The notes: generated from the letters alone by a model not told the origin. DNA of 64,000 nucleotides from Neoechinorhynchus agilis (GCA_051530055.1 CM121341.1:2656151-2720150), one strand, 5' to 3'. Positions 33,187-44,444 are shown, numbered from the stretch's first letter. Numbers and translations: made by a program.

Positions 33187-34868
33187 GTCAACGCGAAATA
33201 ATGATTCACGCTTACTAGGAATTCCTCTTTCACGAAGAATAATTACAATCTCCGATCCCAATCGTGAAGGCCATTTATGATTCCCTGTTCCTTTCGAAAC
33301 AGGAATGCCTTTTGAAGCCTCCATTGTAGCGCGCGTGCCGCCCCGAACATCTAAGGGCATCACAGACCTGTTATTGCTCAACTTCGAGTGCCTCACGACA
33401 CTTGTCCCTCTAAGAAGTGTCGACGGCGCGGCCACCGAAGAACAAGAAGTCGATATGAAGGGCCGTTTCACAACAATTAATAGGCTAGAGTCCCGTTCGT
33501 TATCGGAATAACCCAGACAAATCACTCCACCAACTACAAACGGCCATGCACCACCACCCACCGAATCAAGAAAGAGCTGTCAATACCTGTCAATCCTCAC
33601 GGTGTTCGGACCGAGTAAGTTTTCGTGCGTTGAGTCAAATTGAGCCGCAGGCTCCACTTCTGGTGTGCCCCTCCGTCAATTCCTTTAAGTTTCGATTTTG
33701 CAACCATACTCCCCCCGGAACCCAATAACTTTGGTTTCCCGCGGGGTGCCTGGCGATGCTTTGTTGTTGCAAGCGCCAGATGCCCAGTTGGCATAGTTTA
33801 TAGTTAGAACTAGGACGGTATCTAATCGTCTTCGAAACTCTAACTTTCGTTCTTGATTAATGAAAACATTCTTGGCAAATGCTTTCGCAGTTGTACGTCC
33901 TGCGGTGATCATCGAATTTCACCTCTAACACCACAATACGAATGCCCACGTTTATCCCTATCAATCATTACCTCGGCTTCCGGAAACCAACGAAACAGAA
34001 CCAAGGTCCTATCTCATTATTCCATGCAACAGTATTCAAGCAAGTCGCTTGCGTTAAGCACGCTAATTTTCTCAAAGTAGTTAATCGCCTTCCCTTTAAA
34101 GTGCGCCTCCCAAACTTAATTGGGTCTTCGACGACGCAGGAGCAGCGAAATTAAAGAAGTGAATCTGGTGCAATGCTATACACGTCATTTTGTGACATGA
34201 CAGCGCACAGTTCATCTCCTGACTCCCAACTACGAGCTTTTTAACCGCAGCAAATTTAACATACGCTATTCGAGCTGGAATTACCGCGGCTGCTGGCACC
34301 AGAACTTGCCCTCCAATCGATCCTCGATAAAGGATTTTGATTGTTCTCATTCCAATTGCCGAATCCGAAGATTACGGCATCATTATTTTTCGTCACTACC
34401 TCCCCAATCTGGGATTGGGTAATTTGCGCGCCTGCTGCCTTCCTTGGATGTGACAGCCGTTTCTCATGCTCTCTCTCCGGAATCGAACCCTGATTCCCCG
34501 TTACCCGTTACGACCATTGTAGTCGTATAAACTACCAACGATAGTTGATAGGGAAGACACTTGAAAGACACGTCGCCTGCCTAATAAGGCAATGCAATCA
34601 GCATACTTTACCCAGAGTCAGCACAATCTGACGCCCTAAGACGTCATTGGCTTTGATCTAATAAAAGCACTTCTCCGCAAGTCGAAGCTACGTGGCATGT
34701 ATTAGCTCTAGATTTTCCACAGTTATCCATATCTGATTCGCATGATCCAATAAACCATGACTTATTTAATGAGCCATTCGCGGTTTCAACCGTATAAAGT
34801 ATGAACTTGCACATGCATGGCTTAATCTTTGAGACGAGCATATAATTACTGGCACGATCAACCAGATA
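33000..34868 (-). rRNA. 18S rRNA (divergent, full length ~1870 nt)
   Basis: 5' tatctggttgatcgtgccagt; gtgccagcagccgcggtaattccagctc; aaacttaaaggaattgacgg; gtacacaccgcccgtcgc; 3' gtaggtgaacctgcggaaggatca. Confidence 0.98.
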
Positions 34869-35349
34869 TCAACCATTCATCACTAAACTTAAATCGCACT
34901 TGCTATTTTAGCAATAGTGCATCCGTGAACCAAATCGTGGTAACAAAAACTAACGTGATTGCTACCGTCCACAATCTAGTGGAGGTCGAATAATAACAAC
35001 CCCCACTGATACTTTCCCGACAATGCTTCAAGTTGTCGCGGATCTTATGTCCAACAACAACTAACTTGAATTTAATTTTGATTGTTAAAACCAATAATCA
35101 TCAGCCAATAATTAACATCATCTTATGTGACGTAATTATTTCCAATATCAACAAAGCTCCACCGAGAAATCAACCATTGGTTAATTTCAACTCTAATGTC
35201 AATACATCGTAGCACAATGGCTATTTCGTCTTAATTAGACGAGACAATTAAGCAAGCACCACATCACGGTTTACATTACCAAATATAATACTCAGCATAG
35301 CAAAAGCCAATGCAGGCATCGGCGAAACGACGGCAGACGGAGCAGCCAT

Positions 35350-35375
35350 CTCATGTATACCCAGGTTTTGAACCC
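35350..35375 (-). promoter_or_regulatory. Putative RNA polymerase I promoter/initiation site
   Basis: GGGTTCAAAACCTGGGTATACATGAG, ~490 nt upstream of 18S and repeated four times in the spacer. It resembles the arthropod TATA>TANGRRRR initiation motif (identification by analogy). Confidence 0.55.
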
Positions 35376-35764
35376 TGTTGCAAAAAACAGGTGATACAAC
35401 GTTCGCAAAGGCACAGTTTCGGTATCGAACCGAAACACAAAATATCTCAGCTTCAACCAAGAAGGATATTCAACATCCGTTTACGCCATTTATATGAGTA
35501 AACAACAGTTCTAACTGACCCGTAGGTCAGATAATTTTCCACGATCACATAACGCCATCAAGTGGCATTTCCGCCAATATTTACAGCCCAACCACCAGCT
35601 ACTTAGAGTTCAACAACATCTAAGTAAGCATTCCGTAATCACATCAATCCAATAATGTGACCTATAAACCGCTAGCGCCAACTAACAGTTTTAACTGCCA
35701 CCAATTTAAATCAATCACAAACACAATATCAATGAATTGATTGATAGATTGACATCGATATGTT

Positions 35765-36330
35765 AATGCCACACGCTTCTCTGTCGCGCTCAGAGAGCTA
35801 TCAATTAGGTCAACAACGTGAACCTATTTGCACCACAGGCTGCTCGGACCAGCTCATAGAGCTTTCAATTACGTCACACCATCATGAACCCTTTTTACCA
35901 CATGCTTCTCTGTCGTTCTCAGAGAGCTATCAATTAGGTCAACAACATGAACCTTTTTGCACCGCAGGCTGCTCGGACCAGCTCACAGACCTTTCAATTA
36001 CGTCACAAATCATGAACCCTTTTTACCACATGCTTCTCTGTCGTTCTCAGAGAGCTATCAATTAGGTCAACAACATGAACCTTTTTGCACCGCACCTTTC
36101 TCGGACCAGCTCAGAGACCTTTCAATTACGTCACATAATCATGAACCCTTTTTACCACATGCTTCTCTGTCGTTCTCAGAGAGCTATCAATTAGGTCAAC
36201 AACATGAACCTTTCTGCACCGCACGTTCCTCGGACCAGCTCACAGACCTTCAATTACGTCACATAACAGAACTTTTTACAACATGCTTCGTCGTCTTTCA
36301 GAGAGCTAACAATAACAACAGAACTTAAAC
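35765..36330. repeat. IGS subrepeats, ~129-bp unit, about 4.5 copies
   Basis: ca(c/t)gcttctctgtcg..ctcagagagctatcaattagg recurs at ~35771, 35901, 36029, 36158 and 36282. Confidence 0.92.
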
Positions 36331-36374
36331 GAACAATATCAAGTTCAAATGTCACCAGAAACCTTTCAACAACA

Positions 36375-37710
36375 TGCCTGTAGAGAGCTATCAATGACGT
36401 CACAGTCTAGCACAACCTTGCATAGCCTGTCCTATGCTTTGCCTTGAGAGGGATCCCGATGGAGGGTCTCCCTCATGTATACCCAGGTTTTGAACCCCGT
36501 TCAACACATTTACATTGCTTACGTCATAAGACTAAGCATTTTCTCAATTTTGAATATTTTTCTTCCGTGTATATGTCAACATTCGACATTTTTGCCAACC
36601 TTGCTTACGTCACATACCTGACACCTCTTGCTTCTCTGCCGTTCTCAGAGAGCTATCAATTAGGTCAACAACATGAACCTTTTTATACCTCACGATTTGC
36701 CCAGTATAGAGCGTTCAATGATGTCACACCAGCATGAACCCTTTTTTACACATGCTTCTCTGTCGCGCTCAGAGAGCTATCAATGACGTCACAGTCTAGC
36801 ACAACCTTGCATAGCCTGTCCTATGCTTTGCCTTGAGAGGGATCCCGATGGAGGGTCTCCTCATGTATACCCAGGTTTTGAACCCCGTTCAACACATTTA
36901 CATTGCTTACGTCATAAGACTAAGCATTTTCTCAATTTTGAATATTTTTCTTCCGTGTATATGTCAACATTCGACATTTTTGCCAACCTTGCTTACGTCA
37001 CATACCTGACACCTCTTGCTTCTCTGCCGTTCTCAGAGAGCTATCAATTAGGTCAACAACATGAACCTTTTTGCACCGCACGTTTCTCGGCCCAGCTCAT
37101 AGAGCGTTCAATTATGTCACACCAGCATGAACCCTTTTTTTATACCACATGCTTCTCTGTCGCGCTCAGAGAGCTATCAATGACGTCACCGTCTAGCACA
37201 ACCTTGCATAGCCTGTCCTATGCTTTGCCTTGAGAGGGATCCCGATGGAGGGTCTCCCTCATATATACCCAGGTTTTGAACCCCGTTCAACACATTTACA
37301 TTGCTTACGTCATAAGACTAAGCATTTTCTCAATTTTGAATATTTTTCTTCCGTGTATATGTCAACATTCGACATTTTTGCCAACCTTGCTTACGTCACA
37401 TACCTGACACCTCTTGCTTCTCTGCCGTTCTCAGAGAGCTATCAATTAGGTCAACAACATGAACCTTTTTATACCTCACGATTCTCGGCCCAGCTCATAG
37501 AGCGTTCAATTATGTCACACCAGCATGAACCCTTTTTTATACCACATGCTTCTCTGTCGCGCTCAGAGAGCTATCAATGACGTCACAGTCTAGCACAACC
37601 TTGCATAGCCTGTCCTATGCTTTGCCTTGAGAGGGATCCCGATGGAGGGTCTCCCTCATGTATACCCAGGTTTTGAACCCCGTTCAACACATTTACATTG
37701 CTTACGTCAC
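36375..37710. repeat. IGS ~395-bp repeats (3.4 copies), each with a promoter duplicate and a 129-bp subunit
   Basis: The promoter motif recurs at 36472, 36860, 37258 and 37655 (spacing 388-398 bp). Confidence 0.92.
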
Positions 37711-37947
37711 GAGACTTTAAGTTTCACACCGGATATCCCCTATTATCACGTCATAGCACACATCATATGCTTCTCGACCGCGCCATCCTACTTCAAGGTT
37801 GTTGATCGGACCATCATAATCGTCACAGCATAAGAAGTTTCGTACTTTGAAGCATAGGCGTTGTCATTTCTGAAGCATTTTCTATCAAACCTGTGCACTA
37901 TTGCGTTACTCAGGGGGATGTGGATGGGTGACGTGTGTATATAGCAC

Positions 37948-38061
37948 ACAAATACCCTGGTTAAAACGATAAGTCTCAATAGTTCGCAGTTTGGTGGCTA
38001 CTCTACTATTTACGACACGTTTACCGAGAATTAAGTCGTCTGCAAATGATTTAACGCACAA
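37948..38061 (-). rRNA. Last ~115 nt of the upstream 28S rRNA
   Basis: Minus strand taaatcatttgcagacgacttaattctcgg...tagtagagtagccacc...ctattgagact...agggtatttgt, the LSU 3' terminus. Confidence 0.8.
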
Positions 38062-38062
38062 G

Positions 38063-39379
38063 GGTTGAATATCTTTTCTCAAAAATGATTGTACAAGGGA
38101 TATCAAAATATTCATAGAATTAGGTTTAAAATAAAAATTATTAACAACGCGTCTCATTCGTATGAATTTCACAGATCATTTTCGGTTGAATATCTTTTCT
38201 CAAAAATGATTGTACAAGGGATATCAAAATATTCATAGAATTAGGTTTAAAATAAAAATTATTAACAACGCGTCTCATTCGTATGAATTTCACAGATCAT
38301 TTTCGGTTGAATATCTTTTCTCAAAAATGATTGTACAAGGGATATCAAAATATTCATAGAATTAGGTTTAAAATAAAAATTATTAACAACGCGTCTCATT
38401 CGTATGAATTTCACAGATCATTTTCGGTTGAATATCTTTTCTCAAAAATGATTGTACAAGGGATATCAAAATATTCATAGAATTAGGTTTAAAATAAAAA
38501 TTATTAACAACGCGTCTCATTCGTATGAATTTCACAGATCATTTTCGGTTGAATATCTTTTCTCAAAAATGATTGTACAAGGGATATCAAAATATTCATA
38601 GAATTAGGTTTAAAATAAAAATTATTAACAACGCGTCTCATTCGTATGAATTTCACAGATCATTTTCGGTTGAATATCTTTTCTCAAAAATGATTGTACA
38701 AGGGATATCAAAATATTCATAGAATTAGGTTTAAAATAAAATTACCTCATTCTTGAATCACACTTCGTAATACTTTCAAATGAAGGATATCAAAATATTC
38801 ATTAGTTTAAAATAAAAATTATTAACAACGCGTCTCATTCGTATGAATTTCACAGATCATTTTCGGTTGAATATCTTTTCTCAAAAATGATTGTACAAGG
38901 GATATCAAAATATTCATAGAATTAGGTTTAAAATAAAAATTATTAACAACGCGTCTCATTCGTATGAATTTCACAGATCATTTTCGGTTGAATATCTTTT
39001 CTCAAAAATGATTGTACAAGGGATATCAAAATATTCATAGAATTAGGTTTAAAATAAAAATTATTAACAACGCGTCTCATTCGTATGAATTTCACAGATC
39101 ATTTTCGGTTGAATATCTTTTCTCAAAAATGATTGTACAAGGGATATCAAAATATTCATAGAATTAGGTTTAAAATAAAAATTATTAACAACGCGTCTCA
39201 TTCGTATGAATTTCACAGATCATTTTCGGTTGAATATCTTTTCTCAAAAATGATTGTACAAGGGATATCAAAATATTCATAGAATTAGGTTTAAAATAAA
39301 AATTATTAACAACGCGTCTCATTCGTATGAATTTCACAGATCATTTTCGGTTGAATATCTTTTCTCAAAAATGATTGTA
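38063..39379. repeat. 121-bp AT-rich tandem satellite, about 11 near-identical units
   Basis: ggttgaatatcttttctcaaaaatg... at 38063, 38184, 38305, 38426, 38547, 38668 and onward; one interruption near 38743-38783. Confidence 0.97.
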
Positions 39380-41190
39380 AACCACCGGAGTAGTTTTTAC
39401 TATTTGATGGGTAGATTGGCTTAGTTAAAAACATTCATAAATAGGTAAGCCAAATGATGGAAGGGTCCCTGTTTCTTGTAAAAACCCTCCAAACAAATCA
39501 TTATCTAATTTATCTTAGTTTTTGGATTTTCCAATATTACATGTAAAAAAACGAACACTATCTGTTTGCATATACCTTCTTGGTCGGTCCCGAATCGGGT
39601 TTGGTAGCTTCCAGGCTGGGAATAGACAAAGCTCTTTTTAATGCCTCCTCGACCTTCAACGTCGCCCCCTCCCATTGCAACCTTTTTTAAGGTTTTAATT
39701 AAGCTTTTTAAGGGACTTTTCAATTCCTTATTCTCATTTCTAATAAAATCTGATTTGATGGACTTCAAATCTGGCACTGTTAATGAAAAAATTCAAATAC
39801 TTTTTTGCCTCCTCGCATCTGGTATCGTATGCCATATGGTTCAAAATGCAGTTAACACATTTTCTACAGGATTTGTTTTTTGCAATTACTGAACAGGTGC
39901 TCCCCACTGCAGTGAGTGCCAGCTGCATTTTTATCGCATCTGTATGATGCCATCTGCCCCTGACATTTTCTGCATTTTTTCCCCGGTTTGGCGAAATTTA
40001 TTAAATTATTTAAAGGGTCAATGTTTCGACTCGCTTGTGAGTCTTCTTCAGGACGTTGCTCGAACTCGAATATTTAAAAACTTACAAGCAACGTCCTGAA
40101 GAAGACTCACAAGCTAGTCGAAATATTGACCCTTTAAATAATTTAATAAATTTCGCCAAATCGGGGAAAACATGTATCCTTCGATTTTCACATTTTCTGC
40201 ATTGATATGAGTATAAAATCATCCATCTCATTCTTGAATACTGCGAAGGTGACGTTAAAACCAAGTAATCCGATCGACAGTCCGTCCCTTCGACATGCAT
40301 CGTCAATGTCTGTCCCAACATTGCATTTGGCAATTTGGTTTAAAGAAGTATTTTAAAAATATTATTCCCAACTGATCTCTTATATATTTTTTATCTTCAT
40401 CATCTATCTCAGGCGGGGGATTTAGCATCAAGATGTTGCATTTCCTGGAGAAATCTGAATGTCAGTGGTAGTTAGGTATTTCAGGAAATCCTTCTTATAT
40501 TTTTCTGAAAAAAGGACAATTTTATGAGAATATTGATTGGAAAATATTCTTTTGAAAATCTTAGAATTTTTCGGATAAGCTTTGGCGAATTCTTTTGCGA
40601 TATTTTTTATTCCTATTTCTTTTTTGAACAGATCTTCATTTTTAATGATAACAATATAGTCCTCCTTTTTAACTGGTCGGAAATTATACCTATTTTTCAA
40701 CGATGCTCCCAAATCTCCATCAAAACCACAGATACCACAGTGATAACCACCTTCCTGGTTTACGGAAAGCGATGATCCCAGAGCTCCATCAAATGATCCA
40801 AGCAATTGTTAGCGCAAATTTGCGATCCAAAATTTGCACGCATTCCGCTCCGAACTGCAGTGAAACTAGTAGTTGTCAGGGTGCGTTTTAACTATTTTTA
40901 TATATTAACGTTTTACTTATAAAATTGTAACGGTTGTTGGGTTCCACGGGAGTGCGAGGCTGCTGGAAGGGTGGGGTCAGGTTTGAGATCACCCATCGGC
41001 CCCAAAAAGTGGGTTGGCCCTGGCCCTTCGAGTGCGGCTAAGTGCATCCGATGTGTGAAAGTCAGCCGAAAGGCTCCCAAAAAAAGGAATATAGCCGAAA
41101 AAGCTCAAAAGAAGATGCCGCAAGACCAATCAATCAATCTGAAGAACATAACCATGCGTATGTCTGACTGTAAGGATAAATAAAATAAAT
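39380..41190 (-). mobile_element. 5' part of an APE-type LINE (5' UTR, gag with CCHC knuckles, start of endonuclease)
   Basis: gag-like ORF 40428-40805; knuckles YQCRKCQG, CSGEHLFSNC, CVNCILNHMAYDTRC; APE motif FLQET near 39480; cut off by the satellite. Confidence 0.65.
39977..40189. mobile_element. 213-bp ORF-less fold-back with two hammerhead motifs and a 14-bp TSD
   Basis: Arms 39977-40060 and 40087-40170 (84 bp, 3 mismatches), each with gtc-CTGAAGA-a-GACT..AGTC-GAAA-(T/C)A-TT-gac. ACATTTTCTGCATT at 39963-39976 and 40190-40203; removing the insert restores the gag knuckle. Confidence 0.88.
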
Positions 41191-41799
41191 AAATTCAAAA
41201 ATTGATCGCTAAGTAAGTGACGTCGCTTTATCGACGTTTAAAACTTGTTTTGAAAATGCGATTAACTTCAAAATGCAAGGCTTCACCGAAGCACTTTGAT
41301 CTTAATAGTTCGGTTGAAAAGGTCCAGATTCAAAAGTGAGGCGTCCATTTGGAAAAGAGCGAAACCTTTGCGGTTGCAATTGGTCTGACGTGCCCTTCTA
41401 TTATAGGAAAATGAGTGTTCTTAAAACAAAATTGTCAAATTGGGCATCCGAAATTCACTTCAGAATCTAATAAAACGATTATAGGAATTGAAACACATAT
41501 ACACTGTAACGAACCTCAACCGCGATTCCGTGGTATTTCCCATTGGAATGGGATTGCTCGATTCAATTCTTGACGCTTATGGTGGCCGTGTTAAGGTGGC
41601 GTCTCTCCGCCGCAGCTAAGGAGAACGTTGGAGGTGCTACATATCTTAGGGGCTAACACGAGCTCGTTCTTGGATTGCCGTTTTTAAGACTGCACATAGA
41701 GTTCCGCTTGAGAATGTCAGGCAGTGAGCCGTCAATCGAACTGAATCTAGCTGCGTTACTTATTCCTGTACTTGATCGCGCCTTGTTTGTTCAATAATC

Positions 41800-44422
41800 T
41801 TTCCGCTGACTGTAAACCGATCGCAACTCGATCAAGATGCTACAATCAACGCGACATCATCTTTATTAAATCCGAGATTGATCGTATGCTTAAAGATTGT
41901 ATAATCGAAAAATCCGATTCACCATGGAGGGCATAGGTCCTCGTGGTTAACAACGAAAATGGAAAAAAGAGACTCGTAGACTTTAGCCAAACTATTAACA
42001 AATTCACTTATCTAGATGCTTACCCTCTTCCACGTATCGAAACGATCGTCAACAGAATAGCAACAAATAAGGTGTTTAGCCGGTTAGACTTGGAAGATGC
42101 ATATTATCAAGTATCAATTGCCCCTCATGAGAGAGACTATACCTCTTTTGAAGCATGCGATGAGCTCTACCGCTTTACAAAAATCCCGATGGGCGTTACC
42201 AATGGGGTATCCGCATTTCAGAGGTATATGAATAATACCATCGAAGCTAACAATTTATCAAATACGTATGCATATCTCGACGATGTCATTATTTGCGGAC
42301 ATACGAAGAGCGAGCATGATAAAAACTAGCAACAATTTCGAGATATTGCTACCAAGAAAGGATTCAAATTCAATAACGATAAAAGCGTATATGGGGTAGA
42401 ACGAATTCTGGTACTTGGTTACGAAATTGGTAACGGCCAACTAAGACCGGACCCAAATCGTCTCAAGTCTCTAAATGACATAGTACTACCCACCAACAAA
42501 GCATCTCTACAACGCCTGATGGGATTTTTTGCCTATTATAGTAAATAAATCCCGAACTACTCTAAAAGGATTCAACCGCTGGTGTGCAAAAATTTGGATT
42601 TTCCTCTATGCGAACAAACTGCAATATTGATTGATACCTTGAAAAAAGACATCAAAAACGCTGTCATGCATAGCATAGATGAGGATAAGCAATTCGTACT
42701 CGAAACTGATGCTTCTGAAAAAGCAATTGGTGCCGCTCTTTTCCAGAATGGGCTACCTGTCGCATTTTTTTTCCAAAACACTGAATATACATGAAAAACG
42801 ATATCACATAGTGGAAAAGAAGGCGTACGCACTTATCGAGGCAATAAAACATTGGCGGTACTACTTAGCTATCCGTCCGTTCGTCGTGATTACGAATCAA
42901 AGATCAGTATCCTTTATGCTCAATCAAAAACATTCAAAAAAGATTAGAAACGAACGCATATTACGATGGAGGCTGGAACTTTCAAGTTATACTTATACAC
43001 TAAAGTATCGAGCTGGAGCTTCTAATTTAGCTGCGGATGTACTATCACGCGATTCATGTGCGAGCGTATCCTCTATTCTGACTCAGATCCACGAAGTTCA
43101 CCGAAAATTAGGACATCCAGGTGTCACCAGGATGCTCCACTACATCAAACAAAATAATCTTCCTTATTCTACGGAGGAAATAAGAAAAGTAACGGCATCT
43201 TGTTCGGTATGCTGCCGAATAAAACCAAGATTTTTCAAATCTTCTGGTCTACATTTTTTGAAGTTTACTTTTCTTTACATTCACCACCTCCCACCAAATT
43301 CCAGCTTTTGTCCTTCCTCGACCGTCGTCATCACGCTGGCAGCATTGCCCCGTTGTACTGCCAGCGAGATATTTTGTCGAAGAAATAAGCCTGCTCTTGA
43401 GTCTCCGGTTGCCTCTCTCAATTTCTTCGAGAGATCCTTGAGCAGAGAGAGTGCCGAGCTGCCGAGATCAAAATCACCAAACCATTCGAATCGCATTTGC
43501 TTGCACAGACTGCTCAACTGAAACCGTTAAAGTATGTCTATCACGAATCTTTGCAATTTTCGGATGTCCTGATTACGTCCACTCTGACCGCGGAGCTTCT
43601 TTCACCTGCAAGGATATTCGAGAATGGCTAAATGCACGGAACGTTTGCCTCAGTCGCACGACTGCGTTCCACGCGAAGGCAACGGTCAGTATGAACGCTA
43701 CAATGGAACAGTGTGGAAAACCATCCAGCTCTTGCTTGCAGATCAAGATCTTCCTTTAAACAAATGGCCCCAGGTCCTCCATGAGGCACTTTCGAAAATA
43801 CGAACACCTCTGCACCAGTACGGGGCAAACGCCTCATGAACGAATATTCAATTATCCAAGAAGGAGTATGACATCCCGGCCACCACCAAGTTGGATTGTA
43901 TCAGGTGATAAGGCATACCTCAAGAATCTGAACAGAAAGTCCAAGTACGAGAATGAAGTGGATGAAGTAACTCTAATAAGTGGAGGCGAAATGCATTCGT
44001 TGATCCAATACGCTGATGGACGACAAGGCGTCGTTTCAACCCAACGTCTAGCTCCGTATGGGTCGGATATCGCTCAAACGACTGGTGATGACGTGCTTCA
44101 ATCTCAAACTACTGAATCAAGATCTAAGCACAATAGTACTGAAATACCGGAACGCGGCACTCAGGATGACTATATTGGATTAGATTCGGATTCTAGTCGA
44201 ATGGGCTCGAAGTATATAATGGAAGACGGGCGAGAAGTCAGACGGTCTTGCCGGAGACCAGGAAAACAATTGAACACGATGGAAGATTGTGATATCGATT
44301 AGTTTCGACTACATCATAAATGTAATTATATTATCGATTACTAACCGTTATCGTTCGTTGTACCACGAAACGTTTTCGCGGTTCCGTTAGCTAAATAAAA
44401 CCACGTTTTCGGTTCTACAACA
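41800..44422 (+). mobile_element. Ty3/Gypsy pol and 3' LTR, decayed
   Basis: RT DAYPLPRIE, LDLEDAYYQV, YLDD; RNase H ETDASEKAIGA; integrase HRKLGHPG...CSVC, HSDRGASF; putative LTR 44288-44422 (TGTGATAT...CTACAACA). Confidence 0.87.
43253..43470 (-). mobile_element. CRE 3'-end fragment inserted into the Gypsy integrase
   Basis: LGSSALSLLKDLSKKL...FLRQNISLAVQRGNAASV on the minus strand, with an A-rich tail. It interrupts KPRFFKSSGLH / TKPFE. Confidence 0.77.
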
Positions 44423-44444
44423 CTGAGTACATGCATTCCGACGG

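Noticed and set aside
32857-35094. ORFs overlapping 18S and ITS in the supplied track
   Set aside because: Chance frames within rRNA.
35760-37833. His/Ser-rich repetitive ORFs (101-136 aa)
   Set aside because: They are translations of IGS subrepeats; frame and stops vary between units.
35765-39379. Regular repeat arrays that could be mistaken for CRISPR
   Set aside because: The units are contiguous tandem repeats with no unique spacers, there are no cas genes, and the context is eukaryotic rDNA spacer and satellite.
38063-39379. 121-bp unit as a 5S rRNA array
   Set aside because: The length is similar, but the sequence is very AT-rich with no 5S motifs or internal A/C boxes.
40935-40990. 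Possible HDV-like ribozyme in the LINE 5' UTR motif shared with 2420-2457
   Set aside because: I could not fit the nested double pseudoknot (no proper L3 / P1.1 / C75 arrangement); the shared block is better explained as UTR homology.
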